This document shows positions 1-9,714 of a stretch of DNA of 37,633 bases, one piece after another (position 1 is the stretch's first letter; the number at the start of each line of letters is the position of its first letter). The stretch lies in sequence record DRR723986_3083. One strand, 5' to 3'. A program made the translations under genes and the position numbers. The notes under the pieces were generated by a model, which did not search any database, was not told the origin of the DNA, and worked only from the letters and a program-made list of their open reading frames with translations.

Positions 1-174
1 GCTAACGGATACAGATTTTAAACTCACCAGGGGCCCGCAAGGAGGGCTATGCCCGACGCAGTGGCACAAAAACTCGCAAAGCCGGTGACAGGCCCAAACA
101 GAAGCCTGTTCACACAGACACCAACCTGACGAACCACTGAAACAAGAGCCACGACCGGTTAACCCAAAGGCCTT

Positions 175-522
175 CTAGAGACTTTGGGCTGTTTCCTCCA
201 TCGCCAGAAGGACGGTGGCCGGTTGGTTTGTCCTGTTTTCGAGAGCTCTTGGCTCATTTGGAGACAGGACGCAGGAATCCAGTGGTCCAAGGGTCACCAC
301 TTCATTTCCATTGGTGATGGTGACCTGGCCGGAAATGACCACATAGATCTTCTCTTGTGGGGACGCCTTGAGAGATGTGTGGCCGCCAGGAAGAAGATGG
401 GACAGGCCTACCCACATAGAGTGCGTTGACGTTGCCTCCTTTCCCTGTAGACGAAGGCATGCCATCGCGTCGTGTTCCGGCGCCTCATATTGCTGCGCGC
501 TGTCAATGCGGGTTACCTGCAT
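175..522 (-). CDS. Cupin domain protein
   Basis: 115 aa; cupin-like motifs 'LLPGGHT...QEKIYVVISG' and 'LGPLDSCVLSPNEPRALEN'; last gene of the minus-strand operon; AGGA upstream of the ATG. Confidence 0.85.
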   Translation of the reverse strand: MQVTRIDSAQQYEAPEHDAMACLRLQGKEATSTHSMWVGLSHLLPGGHTSLKASPQEKIYVVISGQVTITNGNEVVTLGPLDSCVLSPNEPRALENRTNQPATVLLAMEETAQSL

Positions 523-534
523 GTGCGTTTCCTT

Positions 535-1539
535 CTAAGGCTTGAGGATAACCCGCTCAGGCGTTGCCCGCAGAACTGAAGCGTAGGCCTTGGCGGCGTC
601 GTCAAATCCGTAGACGGTTTCCGGATTGATCGGGAAGGGCTTCAGAACACCGGCCTCGAACTTCGGCTTGAGCACGTCGAAGATCTTCGCGCCGTACACA
701 CTGTCGAGCGCCAATGTATCGATGCCGATGAACTTGTGACGCCCGCGGAAAAACGCGAAGATGTCGAAGTCTACCGCCCTGTCGAACGTGGAGATGAAGA
801 CCTGACGCCCCTGTTTTGCAAGCGCCTTGTTGGCCATTTCGAAATAGGGGCTTCCGACGGTGTTGAAGACGATATCAGCGCCCCGCCCGCCGGTCTTTTC
901 GCGAACGAGTTCAGCGACATCCTGAGAAGAGCTGTCGAACATTTCGATGGGTTGCGCACTATGGCCGAGAAATTCCATGGGCTTGTATTCGACACCGAAC
1001 ACTGTTGCGCCTGCCATCGTCGCAAGCTGGATTGCAGCCTGTCCGACCTTGCCGTTGGCCCCACAAACCAGGACATTGTCCCATGGCTGGACGCCGCCAG
1101 CTTCCCGCAGACCTTCAAAGGCGGTTATGAAGGGAACGCCAATCGAACCGGCTTCTTCCATGCTGAAGTTGACCGGTTTTTCGCGGACGGCAGCCTGTGG
1201 CAAGGCCATATACTTGGCGTGAGAACCGTTTTGAGTGATGCCGAGCTCTCCGCCTCCTCCCCAGATCTCCTTGCCGATCAGATGCGCCGGTCCATCAACA
1301 ACAACGCCTGCAAAATCGCGACCGGGAACTCTTGGCCAAACCGCATGGGGCATATGGCCGAGAGACGCCTTCACGTCTGAAGGGTTTACACCAGCTGCCC
1401 TGATTTCAACCAGGACCTGACCCGGCCCGTGCTGTGGTATTGCTGGTTCGATCACGTCGATCAGAAGATTGTCCAGATCCGGCGACTTTTCCGTCACCCA
1501 AAGGGCCTTGCCGGTGACTGTCTTGCTTTGAACGTTCAT
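535..1539 (-). CDS. MDR-superfamily, quinone-oxidoreductase-like NAD(P)H oxidoreductase
   Basis: 'VEIRAAGVNPSD' (no catalytic Zn Cys), 'PGRDFAGVV', nucleotide-binding 'GANGKVG'. Start placed at ATG 1539 (MNVQ), preceded by GGACGGGG; the ORF track extends to 1563. Confidence 0.85.
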   Translation of the reverse strand: MNVQSKTVTGKALWVTEKSPDLDNLLIDVIEPAIPQHGPGQVLVEIRAAGVNPSDVKASLGHMPHAVWPRVPGRDFAGVVVDGPAHLIGKEIWGGGGELGITQNGSHAKYMALPQAAVREKPVNFSMEEAGSIGVPFITAFEGLREAGGVQPWDNVLVCGANGKVGQAAIQLATMAGATVFGVEYKPMEFLGHSAQPIEMFDSSSQDVAELVREKTGGRGADIVFNTVGSPYFEMANKALAKQGRQVFISTFDRAVDFDIFAFFRGRHKFIGIDTLALDSVYGAKIFDVLKPKFEAGVLKPFPINPETVYGFDDAAKAYASVLRATPERVILKP

Positions 1540-1578
1540 GGCTCTTGTCCCCGTCCTTTTCACTTTGTTGCGGCGCGC

Positions 1579-2457
1579 TTACTGCTGGAGGCCAAGCATT
1601 TGCCTGGTTTCGCCTGCAGTGGCGATTTCGCCTCCCAGTTTCTCAATGAAGTCACGGGCTCTGGCGGTCAGTTCGCCATTGCCCTTTGTCCGTTTGCCCT
1701 TGCCGATATAGACGGTGTCCTCCATGCCAATGCGTACGTGGCCACCCAGCAGCCAGGCTTGCACCAGCATCGGAAAAGCCCATCGGCCGACACCGAAGCC
1801 GGTCCACACCGTGCCCGGCTGCAACATTCGGGAAGCCATGGACATGGCATCCGGAGTTGAAGGCAGGCCGTATTTCACGCCCGTTACAAGCGAACACATG
1901 GCGGGACCTTCGATATGTCCGGCCTTCAGAAAATCGTTGGCCATGACGATGTCGCCGGTGTCGAACAGTTCCAGTTCCGGTTTCACACCGCTGTCGCGGA
2001 TGACTTCAGCCATCACGCGCACATTCCGAGGTGTGTTGATCACCACCTGCGCACCCGAGTTCATGGTGTTGAAATCCAGTGTGCAGATGTCCGGACGGAT
2101 CCTTGCGATATGTTCCACCCGTTTTTCAGGGGGCAGGATCGTCGTTCCCGGGCCGGCGACCGAAGGATCGTCATCGGAGGGGACGAAACGGCCGCCTGGA
2201 CCGGTCGTCAGGTTGAGGATCAGATCAGTGTTCTTCTGCCTGATCAGCCTGACAACGTCTTCATAAAGGCCGATCTCCATCGATGGCTTGGCCGTCTCCG
2301 GATCCCGCACGTGAATGTGGGCAATTGCGGCGCCGGCTTCGGCAGCCTCAAGGCATGCATCGGCAATCTCCTGAGGCGTTGCCGGCAGGTCAGGGTGCTG
2401 GTCGCGGGTGGTCAGGTTTCCAGTCACGGCGCAGGTGATGATGGTTTTATGCACCAT
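1579..2457 (-). CDS. Beta-keto acid cleavage enzyme (BKACE/DUF849, Kce family)
   Basis: 'IITCAVTG', 'EAGAAIAHIHVRDP' (HxH metal site), 'KPELELFD', 'GGHVRIGMED'. Confidence 0.92.
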   Translation of the reverse strand: MVHKTIITCAVTGNLTTRDQHPDLPATPQEIADACLEAAEAGAAIAHIHVRDPETAKPSMEIGLYEDVVRLIRQKNTDLILNLTTGPGGRFVPSDDDPSVAGPGTTILPPEKRVEHIARIRPDICTLDFNTMNSGAQVVINTPRNVRVMAEVIRDSGVKPELELFDTGDIVMANDFLKAGHIEGPAMCSLVTGVKYGLPSTPDAMSMASRMLQPGTVWTGFGVGRWAFPMLVQAWLLGGHVRIGMEDTVYIGKGKRTKGNGELTARARDFIEKLGGEIATAGETRQMLGLQQ

Positions 2458-2460
2458 GGT

Positions 2461-3207
2461 TCAAAGCCCCCGCCCGGCATCGACAACGATGCGCGTGCCC
2501 GTGGAGTGGGTGAGGTAGGCAACGGACGCAAAGATCGCCTTGCCGACATCCTCGGCTTCGACAACCTTTTGCAATGGGGTCGCTGCACCTGCCTTTTCGA
2601 CCTGTTCCCGTGTTCTGCCTGGAACAAAATCCGTCGCAACCATTCCCGGAGACACGGAGAGGATCCGGACTTCCGGTCCAAGTGCCAGGCCAAGCGTATG
2701 GGTCATCGAATCGAGTGCCGCCTTGGCGCCGCAGTAGGCGATGGAAGAACCGAACCCCTTGAAGGCCGCGATCGAGGACACGTTGATGACGACACCATCG
2801 CCGCTCGCCTTGAGCAGGGAGGCAAAGGCGCGAATGGACGCGAAGACCCCTCGGAAATTGGAGGCGAAAACCTCATCGATGATGGTGTCCGTCAGTCCAT
2901 CCAGATCCTTGTGAGCGACCGGCGTCGTGGTACCTGCCGAATTCACGAGAATGTCGACCCGCCCAAATCTGTTCGCGATTTCCTCCTTGAAGGCCTCAAT
3001 GCTTGGCGTGTCGATGACATCGACTTTCAGCGCAAGATGGCCGTCGCCTTCGAGTGCCGTGACGACTGCCTGCGCCTTGTCTTCGCTGGAGCGATATCCG
3101 ACGACGACACGCGCGCCCGCCTCTGCGAACAGTTTGGCAGATGCTGCGCCTATTCCGCCAGAGCCGCCAATGACAACGGCGACTTTCCCTTTCAATGACT
3201 GGCTCAA
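2461..3207 (-). CDS. SDR-family oxidoreductase
   Basis: 'GGSGGIG', 'DILVNSAG', 'NVSS', YxxxK ('YCGAK'); TTG start overlaps the upstream TGA (TTGA). Confidence 0.92.
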   Translation of the reverse strand: MSQSLKGKVAVVIGGSGGIGAASAKLFAEAGARVVVGYRSSEDKAQAVVTALEGDGHLALKVDVIDTPSIEAFKEEIANRFGRVDILVNSAGTTTPVAHKDLDGLTDTIIDEVFASNFRGVFASIRAFASLLKASGDGVVINVSSIAAFKGFGSSIAYCGAKAALDSMTHTLGLALGPEVRILSVSPGMVATDFVPGRTREQVEKAGAATPLQKVVEAEDVGKAIFASVAYLTHSTGTRIVVDAGRGL

Positions 3208-4130
3208 GACACTTTCCCCTTGATCGGCGGTTCGGGGAAACGGGGTTCGCCTGGCTTCAGGATGAAGTCGTAGGTGCAGGTGTAGAAGGGGGCGGCAACG
3301 TCGGGATATTCGGCTGAAGGTGTTTCCCGGAGTTCCAGATCACCCGCGATCTGTTCCTTCGCACCGAACACAACGTCGTTCACCATCGCTTCGTCCGTAT
3401 CGGCGAAAATCTGGGTGATGAGTGTCTTGTGTTCAGGGGCGGACACTATGAAATGGACATGCGCCGGACGCATGGGTGTCCGTTTCTGTGCCCTCAACAG
3501 GTCTCCCGTCGTGGTGTGAACGGGGACCGGGTAACCGGCCGGTTTCACCGTGCGGATGAGGTAGTTGCCGTTTTCGTCCGAAACAAATTTGCCGCGCAGA
3601 TTGAAGTCGGCCTGATCCTTGTCCTGGTTCTCGTAAAGTCCATCCGGGGATGCCTGCCACACATCAAGCGTTGCCCCGGCAATGGGTTCACCATTCACGT
3701 CCAGTACACGGCCCCTCAGAACCAGCGGGTCTCCCGATGTGGTCGACCGTGCGATGGTGTCGCCAAACTCGCAGTCAGGTGCAGATCCCCGATAGAAGGG
3801 GCCAAGCAAGGCTGACATCGTCTCGCCCTGCATGCCGTCATTGTTGATGAGATCGATGAGTGTCGAGGCGCCGAGAACGTCGCAGATGAGCACCGCTTCG
3901 TTGTGGGCGTTGTCGGTCTGCTGACCTATGGCATTGAGGATCTGCAGGCCTTCTTCATATTCGGCTTCGGTCGGGCGAACCTCCCGTAGGAAGGCATGCA
4001 GGTGCCGGACGAGAGAGGTGATGATTTCCTTGAAACGCGGATCCGATGTCGCCTCCATTGCCGCCAGGACGGCAGGGGTGACATCTTCTTCCTTGCTGAT
4101 CAGTCTTGTAGTCGTAACGTAGCTGTCCAT
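3204..4130 (-). CDS. Intradiol ring-cleavage dioxygenase (hydroxyquinol/catechol 1,2-dioxygenase type)
   Basis: N-terminal dimerisation helices 'PRFKEIITSLVRHLHAFLREV', 'LGPFY', 'DVWQA..GLY', 'PAGYPVP', 'RPAHVHF', giving the Tyr/Tyr/His/His Fe(III) ligand set. Confidence 0.93.
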   Translation of the reverse strand: MDSYVTTTRLISKEEDVTPAVLAAMEATSDPRFKEIITSLVRHLHAFLREVRPTEAEYEEGLQILNAIGQQTDNAHNEAVLICDVLGASTLIDLINNDGMQGETMSALLGPFYRGSAPDCEFGDTIARSTTSGDPLVLRGRVLDVNGEPIAGATLDVWQASPDGLYENQDKDQADFNLRGKFVSDENGNYLIRTVKPAGYPVPVHTTTGDLLRAQKRTPMRPAHVHFIVSAPEHKTLITQIFADTDEAMVNDVVFGAKEQIAGDLELRETPSAEYPDVAAPFYTCTYDFILKPGEPRFPEPPIKGKVS

Positions 4131-4139
4131 GACGTTCCC

Positions 4140-4934
4140 TCAGGCGGACGCCGCTGTCGCATGTAAGGCCTGGTCGGCCCTGGCTGCTTTCAGGTGCGGA
4201 TATTTTTCGGTGAGCAAGGAGCCGTGGTAATAGGTGGCCCTGAAGGCGGGCTCCTTGCGAATGTTTTCCAGCCATGCCGCGACCATGGGCTTGCCTGCCC
4301 AGGCATCACTCAGGTTGATGTCGTCCATACGCACAATGACCGGCATGATGGCGATATCGGCATAGGTGAGGGTCTGTCCCATGATCCAGGGGCCACCTCC
4401 TTCCAGAAGCCACTGGTTCATCCGGTCCACGCCCCGGTCCAGGCGTCCCTGCGCCTCGTCCATGTCAGCCTTCGGAAAACCGGTGCGGCCCATTTTCATG
4501 AGAAACTCGCGGCGCAACGGCTTGCTGTCGCAAAGCGCCTGAAATTCTTCTGCGCTCATGGCCTGAAAATGCGGCAGGAAGGCAAGATTATAGGATGGCA
4601 CGCGGATCGCCGGTGTCGGCACTTCATCGATGAAGCGCAACATCGCCCGCATCCTTGCACTCTCATGAGGAGCAGACGGCCGCATCGGGGAGGTGTCCGG
4701 CAATATGTCTTCCAGATACTCCATGATGACGGCGCTATCGGTCACGGGGACCCCGTCATGCACGAGGGTCGGAACCACGCCATTGGGGTTGATCGCCAGA
4801 TAATCCGGCTTGAGCTGGTCGCCACTGAAGAGGTCCAGCTTTCTTTCTTCAAATGCCTGTCCCTTTGCGTGAAGGCAGAAGCGCACACGCTGCGAGCAGG
4901 TGGATTGAGGCGCGTTGTAAAGTACGAAACCCAT
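4140..4934 (-). CDS. Glutathione S-transferase family protein
   Basis: 'LYNAPQSTCSQRVR', 'INPNGVVPTL', 'TDSAVIMEYLE', C-terminal N-cap 'TYADI'. Confidence 0.92.
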   Translation of the reverse strand: MGFVLYNAPQSTCSQRVRFCLHAKGQAFEERKLDLFSGDQLKPDYLAINPNGVVPTLVHDGVPVTDSAVIMEYLEDILPDTSPMRPSAPHESARMRAMLRFIDEVPTPAIRVPSYNLAFLPHFQAMSAEEFQALCDSKPLRREFLMKMGRTGFPKADMDEAQGRLDRGVDRMNQWLLEGGGPWIMGQTLTYADIAIMPVIVRMDDINLSDAWAGKPMVAAWLENIRKEPAFRATYYHGSLLTEKYPHLKAARADQALHATAASA

Positions 4935-4950
4935 CGGTAGAGCCTTTCTC

Positions 4951-5988
4951 TCAGTCCCAGTTCAGGAAGCGGGGCAGGCGGTGTTTCGCTGCCAGGGTTC
5001 CAACGATGCCAAGCGGAAAGAACATCAGCGCCAGCGCCATGATCAGGCCGGTTGCCAGGATGTTGAATTCCGAAGAGCCAAGAGTTGCGACGAAGATCTC
5101 GTTGAAGGCGACAATCAGGACTGCGCCGATGACCGGGCCCGCGATCGTGCCCTTGCCGCCGAGAATGCACATCAGAACCATGTTCACGCTGACAAGAATG
5201 ATCAGGAAGATGTTCGGACGGATGTAGGTGAGATATTCACCCCAGATAGCGCCTGCCATGCCGACAAAGGCTGCCGAGATGGCGAACGCGAGCGTCTTGT
5301 AGGTGCGGGTATCGATCCCTGCGCTTTCGGCCTTGATCTCGTCCTTCGAAATGGCGCGCAGCCCGAGCCCGAATTTCGAATGCTTGATCTTGTAGCTGAT
5401 GAAGACGGTCAGCGCCGCCAGAATGACGAAGGCGTAGTAATACGGCAGCTTGGCCCATTCCACACTGAGGTCGTTGGCAGGTAGGGCGACGCCATTGGCC
5501 CCACCGACAAAGTGCCAGTTGTCAAACAGGATGCGGGCAATCATCACCAGCGCCAGCGAGGAAATGATGAAGCTCGGGCCGCGCGTTTTGAGCGTGATAC
5601 GACCGATCAGATAGCCGACAGCAGCGCAAACGAGGCCTGCCAGAGGTGCCGTCAAAAGCGTCGAGATGCCGAAGCGTGCCAGCAGCATTCCGGCAAAGTA
5701 GCCGCCAATGCAGAAGAAGACGTTGTGTCCCAGCGAGATGTAACCCGTGAAACCGCCAAGAATGTTCCAGCCCGATGCCATGACCGCATAGCAGGCCGTG
5801 AACAGGATGAGGTGGATCACATAGTTGAAGTTGCCGACAAATTGCAGTGCCGGAACCGCCAGCAAGAGGGCCAGAAGGACGATCGGAAACCAGGTGGCCC
5901 GTGTCCTGTCGGCGCGCCGTGCGAGCTTTTCGTTGTGCTCGGCCCGGGCCTGCAGAACGTTGGACGTCTCGTTGAAAGCAAGGGACAT
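4951..5988 (-). CDS. livM: HAAT (Liv-type) ABC transporter permease, LivM-like
   Basis: 'WNILGGFTGYISLGHNVFF', 'GLGLRAISKDE..AESAGID', 'LGGKGTIAGP'; TAATG overlap with the upstream gene. Confidence 0.9.
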   Translation of the reverse strand: MSLAFNETSNVLQARAEHNEKLARRADRTRATWFPIVLLALLLAVPALQFVGNFNYVIHLILFTACYAVMASGWNILGGFTGYISLGHNVFFCIGGYFAGMLLARFGISTLLTAPLAGLVCAAVGYLIGRITLKTRGPSFIISSLALVMIARILFDNWHFVGGANGVALPANDLSVEWAKLPYYYAFVILAALTVFISYKIKHSKFGLGLRAISKDEIKAESAGIDTRTYKTLAFAISAAFVGMAGAIWGEYLTYIRPNIFLIILVSVNMVLMCILGGKGTIAGPVIGAVLIVAFNEIFVATLGSSEFNILATGLIMALALMFFPLGIVGTLAAKHRLPRFLNWD

Positions 5989-6866
5989 TATGCAAGCTCC
6001 GGTTTTTCACCGAACAGCCCCTGGGGCCGAACGAGAAGGATGAGAAACAGGGCGAGAAAGAAGGTCATGGTCGACCATGTCGCTCCGACATAGGTGCCGA
6101 CGAAGGCGGCAATCACGCTCAACAGGAAAGATGCGACGACTGTGCCGAGCAGCGAGCCCATGCCGCCGAGAACCACCAGGGACATGAGGACCGCGATCCA
6201 CTCCCAGTGTTTTGCCGGAAAGAACGAGAAGACGAAGGAGACAAGGCAGCCAGCAGCCCCGGCGAGACCAATGCCGATTGCGAAGCTGACAAGGGCAACG
6301 CGGTTGACATTCACGCCCAGCAGTTCAGCCGCTTCGCGGTTCTGGGTGGTTGCGCGGATGGCGTAGCCGAAACTGGAATACTTCAGGAAAAGCGCCAGCA
6401 CGGAAATGATGATCAGCGACAGAATGCCAGCATAAAGCTGGCCGGTCGGAATGAAGACATCACCGATAAAGATCGCATCGGTCGCGTAGTCCGGAGACGT
6501 CACACGCTGGGTGTTCGAGAAGAACCCTCCCAGTGCCCCTTCGACAATCATGGCGATTGCGAAGGTGAGCAGGACCGTCATTTCCGAATATTTGGCCGAG
6601 CGTGCTTCCCGTTCGAAAACCAGCTTGTAAAGCACCACACCTATGGCGGCCAGAATGACGATCGCCACGGGCAGCATCATCAAGGGGTCGATGCCGTAGA
6701 GCCGGAAACCCCAGTAGGCGACGTAGGCGCCGGCGATGATCAGCACCGGATGCGCCAGGTTTACGATGCGCATGACACCGAATACGAGACTGAGCCCGGA
6801 TCCCATGAGGGCGAACACACCACCAAGAGCAAGGCCCAGAATGAGAGTTTGAATAATATCAGCCAT
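5988..6866 (-). CDS. livH: HAAT ABC transporter permease, LivH-like
   Basis: 'GLSLVFGVMRIVNLAH', 'GYAIRATTQNREAAELLGVN', 'VVLGGMGS', 'RPQGLFG'. Confidence 0.9.
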   Translation of the reverse strand: MADIIQTLILGLALGGVFALMGSGLSLVFGVMRIVNLAHPVLIIAGAYVAYWGFRLYGIDPLMMLPVAIVILAAIGVVLYKLVFEREARSAKYSEMTVLLTFAIAMIVEGALGGFFSNTQRVTSPDYATDAIFIGDVFIPTGQLYAGILSLIIISVLALFLKYSSFGYAIRATTQNREAAELLGVNVNRVALVSFAIGIGLAGAAGCLVSFVFSFFPAKHWEWIAVLMSLVVLGGMGSLLGTVVASFLLSVIAAFVGTYVGATWSTMTFFLALFLILLVRPQGLFGEKPELA

Positions 6867-6877
6867 GATTGCCCTCC

Positions 6878-7609
6878 TCAGGCTGCCTTCTTGCCGCCGA
6901 GATAAAGGTCCTGTATCCGCGGGTCGCGCAGGACGTCGTCCGCAGGACCGGAAAACAGGGTGCGTCCCAGGTCCAGAACGACGCCCTGGTCGGAATTCTT
7001 CAGTCCCATCAGGGCATTCTGCTCAACAAGAAGGATCGTGATGCCTTCTGCAGCCATCATCTTCATGATTGAAAACATTTCCTGGACGATCTTTGGCGCC
7101 AGTCCGAGCGACGGTTCATCCAGCATGACAATGTCCGGCTTCAGGATCATCGTGCGGGCCATGGCCAGGGTCTGTTGCTGACCTCCCGACATCGTGCCTG
7201 CGTGCTGGTCGCGGCGTTCCTTCAGGATCGGGAAGAGCTCCTCGATCTCGTCGATGCGTTTTTCCAGACCGGATTTGTCGCTCATGGAAAAGCCGCCCAT
7301 GCGCATGTTTTCCCGCACGGTCATTTTCGGGAACAGCGCGCGCTCCTGGGGAACGAAACAAATTCCCTTTCGAAGCACCTGGTCCGGGCGAAGGCCCTTC
7401 AGGCTTTCGCCCTTGTAGAGAACGTCGCCGTTGCGCACCTTGAGCATGCCGCAGATCGCCTTCAGCAAGGTGGATTTGCCGGCGCCGTTCGGACCGATGA
7501 TGCAGTGAACCTTGCCGGGTTCGACACGAAGCTCGGCTCCGTCCAGAATTGCCGGGCCGTCACCGTAACCGGCGGTCACATTGGAAACGTGGAGAAGTTC
7601 GCTCATCAC
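6878..7609 (-). CDS. livF: HAAT ABC ATPase, LivF-like
   Basis: Walker A GPNGAGKS, signature MSGGQQQ, 'LDEPSLGLAP', 'LVEQN'; start is GTG 7609 or ATG 7606. Confidence 0.92.
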   Translation of the reverse strand: MMSELLHVSNVTAGYGDGPAILDGAELRVEPGKVHCIIGPNGAGKSTLLKAICGMLKVRNGDVLYKGESLKGLRPDQVLRKGICFVPQERALFPKMTVRENMRMGGFSMSDKSGLEKRIDEIEELFPILKERRDQHAGTMSGGQQQTLAMARTMILKPDIVMLDEPSLGLAPKIVQEMFSIMKMMAAEGITILLVEQNALMGLKNSDQGVVLDLGRTLFSGPADDVLRDPRIQDLYLGGKKAA

Positions 7610-8349
7610 GCAGCCTCCTCCAGGACGCCACCAAGATAGGCGTCGAGAACAGCAGGATTTTCGCGGACTTCTTCGGGCTTGCCATCAGCAATGACCTTGC
7701 CCTGGGCCATCACCACGATCTTGTGGGACAAGCGCATGATGAGGTCCATGTTGTGCTCCACGATGAGCACCGTCAGGCCCTGTTCGTTTAGCTTTTGAAT
7801 GTGGCCGATGATTTCCTCAAGCAGCGTCGGATTGACCCCGCCAGCAGGTTCATCGAGCAGAATGATCTTGGGATCGCTCATTAGGAGCGCTGCCAGATCC
7901 ATCAGTTTCTTCTGGCCGTAGGACAGGTTGGAACCGTCCTCGTAGGCGATCCGCGTAATGCCGAGGAAGTCGAGGATTTCCATCGCCTTTTCGACTTCTT
8001 CCGCACCGAGAGCGGGTTTGAAAAGATCCCGCCAGCCGCCGATCCTGGATTGGCAGATGACGTTTTCCAGAACCGTCATGTCCGCCAGGTTTCGGCTGAT
8101 CTGGAACGTGCGGCTCAGGCCCATGCGGGTGATCTTGTGCGGCCGCAGATGTTCGATGCGTTGGCCCTCAAGAAGAACCTTGCCGGCCGAGGGTTCGGTT
8201 GTCCGGCTTATGCAGTTGAAGGCGGTGGTCTTGCCCGCGCCATTCGGGCCGATCAGGGCCGTGATGCTGCCTTTGGGAACGGTGAACGAACAGCCGTCGA
8301 CTGCGCGGATCCCGCCAAAATGCTTGGACAGGTTATCTATTTCGAGCAT
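7606..8349 (-). CDS. livG: HAAT ABC ATPase, LivG-like
   Basis: GPNGAGKT, 'RTFQ', 'LSYGQKK', 'LDEPAGG', 'VEHNM', C-terminal 'AYLG'. Confidence 0.92.
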   Translation of the reverse strand: MLEIDNLSKHFGGIRAVDGCSFTVPKGSITALIGPNGAGKTTAFNCISRTTEPSAGKVLLEGQRIEHLRPHKITRMGLSRTFQISRNLADMTVLENVICQSRIGGWRDLFKPALGAEEVEKAMEILDFLGITRIAYEDGSNLSYGQKKLMDLAALLMSDPKIILLDEPAGGVNPTLLEEIIGHIQKLNEQGLTVLIVEHNMDLIMRLSHKIVVMAQGKVIADGKPEEVRENPAVLDAYLGGVLEEAA

Positions 8350-8385
8350 GGGAACTCGCTTTGCGCTTGGAATGTCAGGAGAGCT

Positions 8386-8408
8386 TCCCGGGCGCCACGC
8401 GCCCGGGA
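8386..8408 (-). other. Intergenic stem-loop downstream of the SBP gene
   Basis: TCCCGGGCGC-CAC-GCGCCCGGGA, perfect 10-bp stem, no U-tract. Confidence 0.6.
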
Positions 8409-8421
8409 CCGGTTCGATCCG

Positions 8422-9714
8422 TCAGAACGAACCCTTCGGGTAGGTGAGGGCGCTGACGCCTTCAAACTCGTCCGTCGGATAGACAAACTGCAGTTCGCCA
8501 TCGTTCCACTGGGTCATCAGGAACGGCTTGTCTGCAGGCAGCCCCAGTTCATCCCAGTTGAACCGACCGAGGATCGTGCGAACCGGCTCGTCCCTGGTGC
8601 GTTCCGACAACCATTTGCCCATGGCTTCATTGTCGGTTGAACCGGCACCGAGAATTGCCTGCTCGATGCCCTGGCAGACAGCGAAGGGAATGGCAGCGTC
8701 TTCATCGGGAACCGCCCCGAATTTTTCCTGATAGGAGGCGACGAAGTCGCTGTTGGAAAACGGTTCGCCAGCCAGTGTCGACTGAAACGGCGCATCCTTG
8801 TGCCAGGAGGTATGAACCAGAACGCCTTCTGCACTTGAGCCGGTGCCTTCCAAGTATTCAGCCTGTGTTCCCTGGCTGAAATAGACGAGTTTCGGCTCCG
8901 CCCGGACTGTCTTGAGTGCGCGTGTCAGCTGGACCGCCTCTTCCGCGGAAGCTGTCAGTCCGATGATCAGTTCCGCTCCGGAGCGTTTCACCTGATTGGC
9001 AAGGTTGAGCCAGTCGCTGAAACCTTCTTCCGGCCAACGCTCGGAAAAGACGACTTCGATGTTGTTTTCAGCAAGGTATCCCGGTGCGAGGTCGCGCACC
9101 AGTGAGCCGTCCGCCGGGTCCATGACCTTCTCGCCCATCAGACCGGACCAGACACCGTTTGCGAAGAAGTCGTCCGCGGATATCACGGCCGCAGTCTTGG
9201 GTGTTTCACCCTCGGGGATCAGGTCCTTGATGATGCCTGCGAGGGAAGCGCCGACATATTCGGCGGCATTCGGCTGGAAATAGAAGATGTTCTTGTGACC
9301 CTGCGTATAGATGCGCAGGGCGCCACCGGCCGGCAAAGGGTGAACCATGTTGTTCTTTGCAAGAATGCTGGCGACAGGGAAGGACAGACGCGAGGAAAAG
9401 GTTCCGTACACCGCCTCCACGCCGTCGACATTGATGAAGCGTTCGTACTGGTTGATGGCGGTTGCCGGGTCGGATCTGTTATCGGAAACAAGCAGCTCTA
9501 CCTGGCGACCCATGATGCCGCCGCGCTCGTTAATGAGATCGACACACAGTTCATAGCCTTGCTGGTGTTTTTGTCCGGCAATCGAAAAACCACCGGTCAA
9601 GGGCAGGCTGGCGCCGATCTTGAGCGGATCAGCCGCCTGAGCCATTCCGGTATAGCCAGATGCAAGCATGCTGGCAGACACAAGAGCTGCCACCGTCCAA
9701 TTAATGCGTTTCAT
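8422..9714 (-). CDS. HAAT ABC substrate-binding protein (LivK-like fold; ligand unknown, possibly aromatic)
   Basis: Signal peptide MKRINWTVAALVSASMLASG...AQA; 'KIGASLPLTG', 'INERGGIMGRQVEL'; RBS GGGAGG supports ATG 9714 rather than 9801. Confidence 0.88.
   Translation of the reverse strand: MKRINWTVAALVSASMLASGYTGMAQAADPLKIGASLPLTGGFSIAGQKHQQGYELCVDLINERGGIMGRQVELLVSDNRSDPATAINQYERFINVDGVEAVYGTFSSRLSFPVASILAKNNMVHPLPAGGALRIYTQGHKNIFYFQPNAAEYVGASLAGIIKDLIPEGETPKTAAVISADDFFANGVWSGLMGEKVMDPADGSLVRDLAPGYLAENNIEVVFSERWPEEGFSDWLNLANQVKRSGAELIIGLTASAEEAVQLTRALKTVRAEPKLVYFSQGTQAEYLEGTGSSAEGVLVHTSWHKDAPFQSTLAGEPFSNSDFVASYQEKFGAVPDEDAAIPFAVCQGIEQAILGAGSTDNEAMGKWLSERTRDEPVRTILGRFNWDELGLPADKPFLMTQWNDGELQFVYPTDEFEGVSALTYPKGSF

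Noticed and set aside
62-78. TGGCACAAAAACTCGC resembling a sigma54 promoter
   Set aside because: GG-GC spacing is 11 nt rather than 10, and no plus-strand gene follows.
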